64,000 nucleotides of DNA from Vermamoeba vermiformis. Taxonomy: Eukaryota. The stretch is from assembly GCA_045837725.1 (NCBI GenBank), contig JBEWZL010000124.1, positions 62,001 to 126,000 on the forward strand, read 5' to 3'. Made by a program: the position numbers and the translations under genes. Numbering within the stretch: position 1 is the stretch's first letter; every line of letters begins with the position of its first letter. The notes under the pieces are model-generated. The model searched no databases and had not been told where the DNA came from. It saw only the letters and a list, made by a program, of their open reading frames with translations. Below are positions 53,684 to 64,000 of the stretch, piece by piece.

Positions 53684-54247
53684 GTGTGCTATTTAGATTA
53701 ATTGTAGAGTATTGTTTAAGGTCAGAGCATCGTGCCATAATTCCTTTTTATAACGTCAGTCGGAAGTTCACCGATGAACTCATCCGGCTGCAATTCTAGC
53801 GTTGTGAGTTATTACGGCTTATTTGCGAATATATTGCGGTCATTTGTATTCACTTGCATGGGTATACCTCTTTAATATCATAAAGCCCACCGTATCTTTA
53901 TTAAATAACGGTTAGATATTTCATTAGAAATTGACTTTTAATTATCGTAGGCGGCGTTTGTCCGACATAATTAAAATTATACTAACCACGTTATAATCAC
54001 GTTATTCCGATGAATTCTTTTTTTGTGGACCGGTTGCAAGCTTATCCACGCAAAATCTGCTCTGATCGCGTCTTTACGAAACCCAGTGCTTCTGGGAGAA
54101 AAGATTGATAGCATGCGCAAGGAAGATATGTGTGTGACCAATTAAAGTCACAAAATTCTATTCTCCTGTTGTGATTTTGTTAGCCATAAAAGTTGTCAAT
54201 CAAATCCAACATTTTATTCATTTCTTCTTTCAGAAAGAGTCGACAAC

Positions 54248-55333
54248 ATGAGAACCCTCGTTATCCTCGCTATTGCCTTCGCAGTCTTCGCCATCGCTGC
54301 TGCTCAAACTAGCTGCAGTGACGCCTTCGACGACTTTTCAACTACCTGCATGAATGCGGACCCCAAGAAGCCCTTCTGCGTTCTCGAAAATGCAGGTGAT
54401 ATTACCTCCAACAGAAAGTGCTCTGAGTGCCGCCCTGCTAGAGAATCGTGCGACTGCCCTCTCGATAACTACTGCGTTGGTGCTCCTGGTACTGTAAGTA
54501 GATGGCGGTTTTTTTTCTAACGTTGTTTAAAATTTAACCGAAACTTCATATTCAACCAAGTACCCTATTGCCGATGTTTTATTGACGGCGGTTAGATGTA
54601 TTTTAACGTTAAAACGAAAAATCTTTTTGAATTGTCCTATTCTAGAATTCAATCAAGTACTAACGTATTTATAATAAAGACTCGTGGCTCTTGCAAGAAG
54701 TTGTCCAACCTCGGAAAGGACTGCTTCCCCTTCTCAGATGCCCAATTGACTAGCGGCAACTTCCCCGACGACAAGAAGTGCGCTGATTTGTACACTGTTG
54801 CCGGCTTCACTAATATTGACAACAAGGGTGCTTGCGTTGCTGGGTATGCTTGAATCTGATTATTAATTAATTGGATGTCGGATCTAATCACGTTTAATTA
54901 ACAGCAAATGCCAATCTTGCGACCCTGGCCCCAACAATAGCGGTGGTCAAGACTTGTGCGTTACTGGTAAGTTATTTCAATACAAATGTGCAATAACGCG
55001 TCAACCTTGTCAGATCGGATTGAGTACTAACTTTTGATTTTTAACTAGGCCAAGGTATGGGTCCTGCTCGTTACTGCGGCTGGCCTGGTAACCAATACTC
55101 GGCTGATTTGAGTAAGTATCATTATTACTTAATTAAATTGGACCAAATTTATGAAAAGATTGCGTTTAAGTAATATGGCCGATCTAACGTTAATTTATTT
55201 AGCCAACGCTTGGGTTCCTTCCGTTTACATCCAAGACCGTAGTGCTGTCTGGTTGGCTCTTTTCTTCCCTCTCTTGCTCTTCATGACTATCTTCTTGGGC
55301 ACTATGGCCTGGAAGCAATGCTGCGGCAAATAA
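54248..55333 (+). CDS. Cysteine-rich secreted protein with C-terminal TM anchor
   Basis: Signal peptide MRTLVILAIAFAVFAIAAA; many Cys; five exons; TM AVWLALFFPLLLFMTIFLG; strong codon bias. Confidence 0.82.
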
Positions 55334-55576
55334 GATATGCTTATCGCGTATTTATTAATTTATTACTGCTAAAATCGAATAAATAAACTTGATTAGCAAG
55401 ATAATATATATCCTCTGAAATACCGGCAATCCAAATTTTGGGGCGCGGGATCTCGTACACGTAAAAACATTTCTAAAAATTTTGATTTTAATTCAACAGT
55501 ACAACTATATAACGTGCAAGTTATGCGGTATAGATTAGTGAACTCTTATTGTCCACATAATCGGTCTATCCCTTTT

Positions 55577-58438
55577 TTACTCATCGTCAGCGGGCTTGGA
55601 CTTCTTTTTGGGTCTGTCGTCACTGCCGGTCGATTCTCTCTTTCGCTTCTTCTCTATTATACAATGAATTAGCATATTATTCAACGTCTATTAATAGTCG
55701 AATCACTTGTTGTTCTGAAAGAGGTACTTCACAAACTTTTTTTCGTCGTGTACCGGATCGAGATCGAACAAGAAGCTATTTTGGATGCCAATAGACTTAC
55801 CTTTCTTATGCTTCTTCTCTTTCTCACCAGACTCTTCGTCATCATCGTCAGATCCGGAGCCTCCGCCTTCACTAGAGATCTCGTGATCGTCCTCTTCTTC
55901 CTCTTCGTCCTCGCCAACAGCAAAATCGTCGTCTTCGCTCTCTATAATATGAATATATGATTAATATATGAAATTAGCGATTGCAATGCGGAATTAATGT
56001 CGGATCAGCGCCGCTGTCGTGCACAAGCAAAAGAATTAAAATAGCGGATCTTCGGAGATTGAATTCGTTACCTTCTTCGAATCGTTGCATCTTCAAGTCT
56101 TGTTGGACCTTGAGACGAGTAGTAGCAGCGCTCTTTCTTTGTCCGTATTTCTTGGCTGTTTCAGGACGATCGTCGCTACGTGAACGGATTAGATCACATC
56201 CGAAACTGCAACGCTTCTCTTTTCGACTTACGCAGCAGGAGCACCATCTCCAGCTTCTTCATCGCTTTCGTCGGCCAATTGCACGGGTCTAGCTTGTGAC
56301 TAAACAAGTTGAAATTAGTTTTTGAAACCCACATCTCTCGTGGCGGGAACTTACCGCTGTGCCATCAGTAAGGATTTTCAAGCCCTTAGTAGACAAGTAG
56401 TTGTAGAGAGAGGCATATTCGTTTCTAATAATCACGTTATTAATACCAAGCACAAGTTTGAAACCGGATCTTACCTTTGAATGGATGTGAAACTGAAAGA
56501 GGAACCGTTCTTCAATGTAGCAACCAAATCGAACGTTCTGTTAGTGTTTGCACCGTCTGTTCCAATACGAGAGAACTCAATATTATCGACTTCCTCGAAT
56601 CTAAAAGAATAATTTAGTTTCGCGTAACGGATCGAATAAATGATTTGAAATACCTGATATGAGTTGCTGGCTTGTGGACGAAGAACAAGCTTCTGTCCAA
56701 CAAGAACAAATAACCTTCTGAAGCTCTCAGCGATGACTTAATGCCCGATCCGGCGCCACCAGATGCGCTGATGAAGTTCTTGGAGGGAATGGTGACCTTC
56801 TTTTCAGTGACTGTCTTGAACATATTCATAACGACTTGGTAGAGAGGACCTTGCACTTTAGGCTCTAATTGCTTCAAGCGCTCTTCTTTCTCGCTGCGAG
56901 TAGATCAGGTTAGTACATCCGACGCGAGACAGTAAATTACTCAAACGGCCAGTACTTACTCCTCAGCAACGTTAACGTCGGCCTCGATAAGCTCGTTCTC
57001 GGGGATTTGAATAACAATGTGAGGGTACGAAGTGTGACCTTGACGAATTGGCGGTTCCATGCTGATAACGAAGAATTGATGGCGCCTTAGAAGCAGAGTT
57101 AGTTTGATGCCCACAGTATACACGAGGTCTATATAAGAGTGTGCACGTACTTATCAGGCTTAGGCAACAAGAATAACCGAACAATATTGGAGTACTTGAT
57201 CTTGTAGTCGTAAGTCTTGCCGTGCATTTTCATGAACGTCGGGAACAACTCGACATCGTAACGACCACGTGGAGTGAGCACAGTGAGCTCTTCGAATGTG
57301 AGGATACCCTTGCCAGTGGCAGGAACGACGTCGGCACGAGTGGCAATAGTTGAAGCAATGACCTAAACACGTCCAAAATTAACAAAAAGATGAAGAAAAA
57401 TCATTGGTGTTGATGTGTCAGATTAAAGAGCACGATTGGTAAAGTACTATTCTATGTATTATGAGAGCAGAAGTCATTAGGACGTACCTCAGCTTGAGTT
57501 TTCTCGTCAGCAGCGGCCGCTTCTTCGCCTTCAGGAGCCTCGCCGTTGGTGTTCTCTTTGACATTCGGTACGTACAATCTCATTTCTACGAGTGATTCGG
57601 CCTAAAGTATAATGTAAATTAGTTCGCTGGTTCTGTTACGAAAGTAATAAAAATTTGTTGCGAGGATGGATCTTGTCGCAATCATGACTGCCTCGATAAT
57701 ATAAGGTATTCGATAAAGATCACGTACATCATCTCCGGCTGTGTCGTCGTGGTGGAATTCGATTTGAACTTCGTTTTTGGCGGGATTAGAGCTCTGAGCA
57801 ACTTCGTTCAAAGGCAACTCGAACGCGCGCTTGTCGTCCACGAAGAAAGTCAAGACGCGACCCTCTATTTTTAGACTGCCCGCGTTGCTGCCCTTAGTTG
57901 AAATCTCCATAAGTTTGGGATCGATCGAATAATTTTCCTTAATAAATTGGCTCAAGTTCCTTTGATCTGTCTCGTTGAATCCGTCGTATTTGTAGTTTGC
58001 ACCAGCTTTCACTGAAACTCGCAATTGATATTGACGAGAGTTGCGAGCCCATTGAATAGTATTAATATCGGCTCTGATAATGCTGAAGGTTTGACCGCCT
58101 TTGGATCTCCAAGCAATGCCATCCCTGTTCATTTTGAAAACACCCGACACCTAATAATTTAAAAATTGGTAAGAAATATTAGAAAAATTACGAAATAATC
58201 GCATTCATTAATTTATGCTAATATTACGGTGAAATACAGAAAAGTTATGTTTCATCCAATAATAAATTTCTCTAATTATTATAATAAATCATAATTAGCC
58301 ACAAATATATCGCAATAATTTAGTTGCTATTATTTTAATGAAATTTTCATTTTTCTTGTCAGATTTGCTGCTTACATTTCCCTTTCCGCTCAAAGAGATA
58401 TTGTTGTATTGAACGACTCCTTTATCTTGTTCGGCCAT
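55577..58438 (-). CDS. SSRP1: FACT complex subunit SSRP1/Pob3 (no HMG box seen)
   Basis: AFELPL..KNEVQIEFH, TPRGRY, GKTYDYKI, PPIRQGHTSY, EGYLFLL..FFVHKP, RTFDL; acidic then basic tail. Confidence 0.95.
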
Positions 58439-58941
58439 ATTGAAGCAGTTGTGGGAGAGCTCGTTGATCGAGTGAATAAACTGTGGAGAAGTTCAAAAAT
58501 TTTTATTTTGCTGCCTAATTTTTGGCGCGTAATCATTTTTTGGGTCTCTTGTTCCAGCATAAGCATTAATTCACTCATCTGCGATAAAACACCACATACA
58601 TATTCATTAGGATGAATTACAAATTCAGTTGGGCTTTTATTGTTGCTCTGTAACGGTCATCTGGACCTGATTTGTTGATTTAAAACAGATACGAAGCAGC
58701 GGACACCCGATTATTGAAATGCACGCGCATTATTTATATATACAAATATGCAACATGTTCAGCCGACCACATGATTATTTGGTAGTTGAGGAGCAGATTT
58801 TATAAGGTAAGTCGGGGGCTCATTCGTGAGCTCGCTCAATTCAGTCTAATGCAAACACGTTGTTGGAGCTAATAGTACATTTTTATATTTTTTAATGAAA
58901 CAATGCTGTACAAGAAGAGATCCTTACTCCATCTCACGTTC

Positions 58942-59628
58942 TTAAGGGCGAACGCATTGAGAAGGTTGGCAAGGAGCGTCAGGGCAAGTGTGAGTAACAC
59001 GACGAGCGCAACCAGAGCGGCCAGTAACATAAGTGGGCCAGGGCAAGAGAGGGTTAGCACCTTCGTCGTAGTTCAAAACACCTTGTTGTTGCAAGAAGCG
59101 GACTGAATCCGACAACCATTCAGTGAACTCGGTGAATTGAGTACCATCGAAGTTGGTCTTGCCGAACCAAATGTCGTTGACGACGGATTTAACTCCGGCT
59201 TGAGTAGTTTGTCTGAATTGGACCTTGACGGCAACATTGCGAGTAACAGGGTCAATAGCAAAGCCGTTGGCTTCAATAAAGACTGAAACGTTGTTGGGGC
59301 GAGCAGTGGGCACGCAGTAGCTGTCGATGTCGGTCAAAGCAGCAGTGAGGCCGTTGTAGCGAGCGAAGAGGTAAGAGAAGAGCACATCTTGGTCAAAGAC
59401 TTGAATCATCTTGTTTCGGTTGCAAGTAGTGTAGGCTTCGGCAAAAGCGAAGATCGCGTTTTGAGCCTTGCGACGGTAGTTACCGTTGAAAAGAGGACCG
59501 GTGTAGATAACACCAGCAGGCAAGCTGAAGCGTCTGTAGTCATCATCATCGTCGTCGTCATCGTCTCGGCCAGCAACGGCGAATCCGATCACGCAGAGTA
59601 CGACAATAAGAAAGAGCTTTTTGTCCAT
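58942..59628 (-). CDS. Secreted SnoaL/NTF2-like protein with poly-Asp linker
   Basis: Intronless 228-aa ORF; signal peptide, D9 run, AFAEAY..FDQDVLFSY..VAVKVQFR..FTEW pattern. Confidence 0.75.
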   Translation of the reverse strand: MDKKLFLIVVLCVIGFAVAGRDDDDDDDDDYRRFSLPAGVIYTGPLFNGNYRRKAQNAIFAFAEAYTTCNRNKMIQVFDQDVLFSYLFARYNGLTAALTDIDSYCVPTARPNNVSVFIEANGFAIDPVTRNVAVKVQFRQTTQAGVKSVVNDIWFGKTNFDGTQFTEFTEWLSDSVRFLQQQGVLNYDEGANPLLPWPTYVTGRSGCARRVTHTCPDAPCQPSQCVRP

Positions 59629-59690
59629 GATTGAGTTGTTGTGTATTGTACAAAAGTTTTTGATTGAATAAAGTAACGGTCCGAGTTCGC

Positions 59691-59698
59691 TATTTATA
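59691..59698 (-). promoter_or_regulatory. Candidate TATA box of the SnoaL-like gene
   Basis: TATAAATA on minus strand about 63-70 nt upstream of the ATG. Confidence 0.5.
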
Positions 59699-60300
59699 CC
59701 TTTCGTTTACGATAAAAATAATTAATTCGTATCCAAATGCGGAGATCTAGCCGTTATTAATTTTATTCCCTTGCCTTATTTGGACGCAGAAGCTAAGACA
59801 AAGACTAAAACTACGTTCGTCAACGGAACATTCTTATCGGAATACCGTCATTACATCATCTAACACGAAAGTTAAAACATTACGTCCAATTACATTGAAA
59901 TTACCATGAAGTTTTTCAGTATTTCATTGTAAAACATCTGTAATCGCGGAGATACAACCCGCCAAAAAAGGAAAGTATCCGATAAAATTAATTCTGTTCT
60001 CGTAATCTCCCAGTAAATACAAATATCTCGGCAGAATCGGAACGTTGTACCGCCGCTCGAAATCAAGTATTGCAAGAATTTCGTTTCGTGCTTTCGCATT
60101 CCATTTACGTGATCTACAAGACTAAGACCACCCTTGGTACGATCATGGTGAAAAAGGCAGCATACACAAAGATCCGGTTATCATGATACCGATAACCGAG
60201 CATGGGTTGCACTGATTCAACTTTTCGTTTACGAAACACGTATTATTATTCAGTAAGAATACAATGCACGGTGCGTGGCGCGCTCAAACGGTTCATAGAG

Positions 60301-63300
60301 CTATTTTTGAACGCGTTTGCTGTCCGATTTCTTCACGCCATCGGATTTGCTAGAACTCTCGCTGCTCTTCGCTTCTTTTTCATTCTTAGCATCGATGGTG
60401 GCCTTATCAACGACCTCAAGTGATCTATTCAACTCTTCGTAGTCGATAAATCCATCGCCATCAATGTCGAACATGCGATGCAATTTCTTGATCTGAACGT
60501 CGCTCATCTTCTGGTTGTCAGGCAACACTACGTTCATGGCCCTAAGAATCGTTTTAAACTCTTCCACGTCGATTCGACCGGAGTTGTCGGCATCGCATTT
60601 CTTGAACGCACGGCGCAGCTAAAAATAACCAGCATTAAGTAAGACGAAAATAGATTCACAGCGGAGAAACGATATTCGTTTTAGCATATTCGGAATTCGC
60701 ATAAATTATATTACGGTGTCGTACCTGAACTTGACTTTTTCTGAGCGTGGCCAAGACGCGTTGCAAGGCTGCTTCTTCCCACGAGGTTGCAGCAGTGTCA
60801 ACGAAGCTGAAGGCTTTCTTGAATTCCTATATAGGCAGTAGCCGTCAGATACTATATGATATACTATATAGAGTTGAAAGATCTTACGTCAAGAGACAGT
60901 TTTCCGCTACCGTCTTCATCGATGTACGTGAACAATTTGTGACGTTGTTCCGATGTGTATTTTTCTTCCAGATTCCACAAACTAATGAAATCATATTAGG
61001 TCTCGGGCACTATATAAAGATATTATTATGAGCCTTACTTCTTCAACGCGTTCGAAAATTCTTTGTACGTAAGTTGACCGGTTCCATCAGCGTCAATTTT
61101 CTTGAAGATATCTTTCAGCTCTGAACCACGGCTAGCGATCAACAAACCAATCTCGTGCGTGGCTTGTTGAATGAATTCTTTGTCCTCGGGCTTGAGAATG
61201 CGATTGAACTTGACCGCAAATCTTTTTTCAAATTCGCTGTAGTCGATAGATCCGTCATTGTCTTCGTCAACGCTGCGCATAAAATCATAGATCTGTATGA
61301 GTATAATAAGGTTAATACTAGTTATTAGACATTACGAGTGTTGTGGATGAAATGTTTGAAATTTCCAAAAAAGGAAAAATTTCGGATCTGAGCTCGCTGG
61401 AGATAATTTTAACAATCGTACCTGTTCGTCAGACAAGCCAATATCTTTTTCCTTCAAAATCTGCGAGAATTCTTTGTAAGAAATCTTGCCGGAGCCGTCA
61501 GTGTCGACCGATGAAAATGCCTCTTTCAAGCTATTGAACTTGCACAAGATTTTAGCGCAAATATCTGAAACGACTTGTTTTCTCCAACGCGAGAGGACTT
61601 CCCTAAAAAGGAAATAAAAGCACGTTAGTCAAGTTTTGCCATAAGTACCAAAAGTTGATCAAACTTACTCGTCGACGTTGATCTGGTATCGAGTCAAAAA
61701 TTCAGTGTAATTGATGTTGCCATCGTCATCGGCTGTGGCCAAATATGGTTGTAACACTGCCCAGTTCAACGGCAACTTGAACACTTTGTTCATCACTGCG
61801 AAAGTTCCGTGTTATGAGATCTGCTTTAACAAGGTAATGTCTGAGGTGAACGTACCAGTGACCCACTCGTTCTTAATAACAGTGCCAGTGGCAGCTGGAT
61901 CAACGGCTTCAAATGCCATGGCGAGTTCGTGTCGATGTTCTACGATTCGTTCGCGCAGTTGTTGCAATGATTGGGACTTTTGTGTCTACACACATACAAT
62001 ATTAGGGTTTGTCAAATATAGTCACCAACGATTATAACATGAATATATATACGATGTATAGTCTATTGTTACCTTGTTGATTTTTTTGGTTTGCAAAGTA
62101 GCCACATCCGCGAAGAAAGATTTGAACTCAGGCTTGTACCTGTTATTAGCCTTATCTTCGAACACGGCAATAGCACCCTTATTGTTATTAGAGCCACAAT
62201 AATATGACGCTGAGAAGAGTGTATACAGCTTGTCTTCGTGCCAGCTCAAGTACCCTTCGTCCACGAGTTCGTGAGATCTGATCACGAGCTCCAAGTTGTT
62301 GTGCTTCAAAAAGTTACGAGTAGCAGCTGCTCCGAATCTAACTCCCGCGCCACGATCTGACGGCTCCCACTCATCGATTTCAACACTCGGGTCACTCCAG
62401 ATAACTTGTTCCATGATGTGTTGTTCGCGGGTTGAAATATGTTTGTGACGAGGCAAGCCAATCTTACGGTTGATACTAAATATAGAATACATTAATACCA
62501 TATATAGAATCATATTTAACAGGCGTTTATCTGTTGATCTAAAATTTTTTCGAATTTTTTAACTTACGATTGGATCTCCTTAATCGTGACATCGTTGAAG
62601 CTGAACAGGCCACCTATATTAATAAATATTAATATGATATGTATATAAAGATAGGAGCTGCCGTCTTACCGTGCAAAATGAACACTTTGTCTTCAATCAT
62701 CGCAGCCAAAGGCAACAACTTGAACGTGTCCTGAATGAGTTCGAAAATCTCACTGTCGTAGCGCTGTCGGATCTGATCTTCAAATTTGTACTTTTCGTTC
62801 ATTCTGCGTGCTTCGTGATTGCCACGGTTCAAGAACACATTGTTCGGGAACGCTGCAAAAAAAAAAACCCAAAAATTACTAAATTTGTTCTTAAAGCATT
62901 GTTTTTGTCATTACTATATGGTAATATCGTATTATCGTACCTAATCTCAAAGCATAAACCATGAACAAGACTTCAGGGCCGTGGAAACCTCTGTCTACAA
63001 AGTCACCGTTGAAAATGTACGAAACTTTCTCTGAGGGCAAACCTGCATATATAATATATATATTAGACACAATGCAAATATGATGCGTAAGAATTGAATT
63101 TAACGTACCGCCGAGATCCAACAAAGTAATCAAATCCGTTAATTGACCGTGAGTGTCTCCAACAACAATAACACGACCTATAAATAGTAATGCGTGCTAT
63201 TAATATTAAGTAGGTAAAATAAGATTAAATTAGCCTTTTCAGGAAAAGTTGAGAGTTTTAGCACGTGCTTTGGGTCATGTTTGAAAACGGTTCTAAAGTA

Positions 63301-64000
63301 TTCTACGTACCGCCCTTAGGAATAGGTACGCTAGATACGTTTGGAACGGCATCTAAATCCGTTTTAACGTGATTTAAAAGTTCGTAGGCGTATTTGTAGT
63401 GCAACAAATTGTTTTGTTTGTAATGATTCAGAAGGTTCTAAAAAACCGGTCAATATTAATAAAATATTATGATAATAGAACTATATCAATTTTATAACAT
63501 ACGGTAATGTCTTCGAGGGTTGGAGGAAACTTCAGATGCGGGCCTTTGTAGTCAGCGGGAATCTGGAATTTCTCCTCGCGTGTAACAGGCTTTCTGACCG
63601 GAATTGTTTGAAATACTATATCGCTAATGTCTCCATAGCAGTCTTCATTCGCAATAGTCATTTTTTCTAACGAGATGCGTTAGGAAGTTGTACAAATATC
63701 AAAGGTGGAATTCTACTGCAGTAAAGACTTAAAAATTGCAATATTAATATGATAATTCTTGGTAGTAATATAAATTAGCAATGATCACATTATTGAAGCT
63801 GTGTCGTTAGAGGTGGTTGAAGATCGAATAAATTTCAAAAAAAAAAAAGGGAATAAATATTTAGAAATTTGCAATTTACCTTCATGGTAGTCTAAATGAT
63901 TCCAAGTATCTTTGAATACATTTCTAATTAATTCTCGTTGCGACAGGTACCGTCTTGCGTATTTTTGAACAATAATCACGGATTTGACGTCGTATTTGCT
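60301..64000 (-). CDS. PPEF/rdgC-type Ser/Thr protein phosphatase with IQ motif and EF-hands; 5' end outside window
   Basis: IQ-like IIVQKYARRYL; PPP motifs GDTHGQ, GDFVDRG, RGNHE, HGG, WSDP, IRSHE, FSASYY; multiple DxDxxG EF loops. Confidence 0.93.

Noticed and set aside
1..64000. Alternative genetic code, CRISPR array, operon or transposase
   Set aside because: ORF fragmentation is explained by spliceosomal introns under the standard code; no repeat-spacer array, reverse transcriptase or transposase motifs seen

Overview
Gene-dense, AT-rich eukaryotic nuclear DNA with many short GT-AG introns (frequent CTAAC/CTAAT branch points). It is most consistent with an amoebozoan-type protist, inferred from the Grl-type BMP/class C GPCR, iplA-type IP3 receptor, sedolisin and EGF/PSI surface proteins. 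About 25 spliced genes were reconstructed by hand: an EGF-repeat protein (runs off the left end), Rab20-like GTPase, short coiled-coil paralogs, F-box-like/ankyrin protein, BRCT-WGR PARP, tripeptidyl-peptidase I, PSI-domain membrane protein, IQ-DH-PH RhoGEF, half-size phytochelatin synthase, F-box membrane protein, class C GPCR, IP3 receptor, four tandem BTB/POZ genes, ankyrin-CaaX protein, TPR/degenerate-flavoprotein, stomatin-like protein, SSRP1, secreted SnoaL/NTF2-like protein and a PPEF-type phosphatase (runs off the right end). Most notable points: a reading-frame break in the otherwise intact IP3 receptor spanning an in-frame A_AAA_AAG heptamer (could be an assembly indel); IP3R and BTB stop codons overlapping in one TTAA; and the BTB array with an unrecognised diversified C-terminal domain. 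CDS coordinates span first codon to stop including introns. Family assignments come from motif recognition only; no searches were run.
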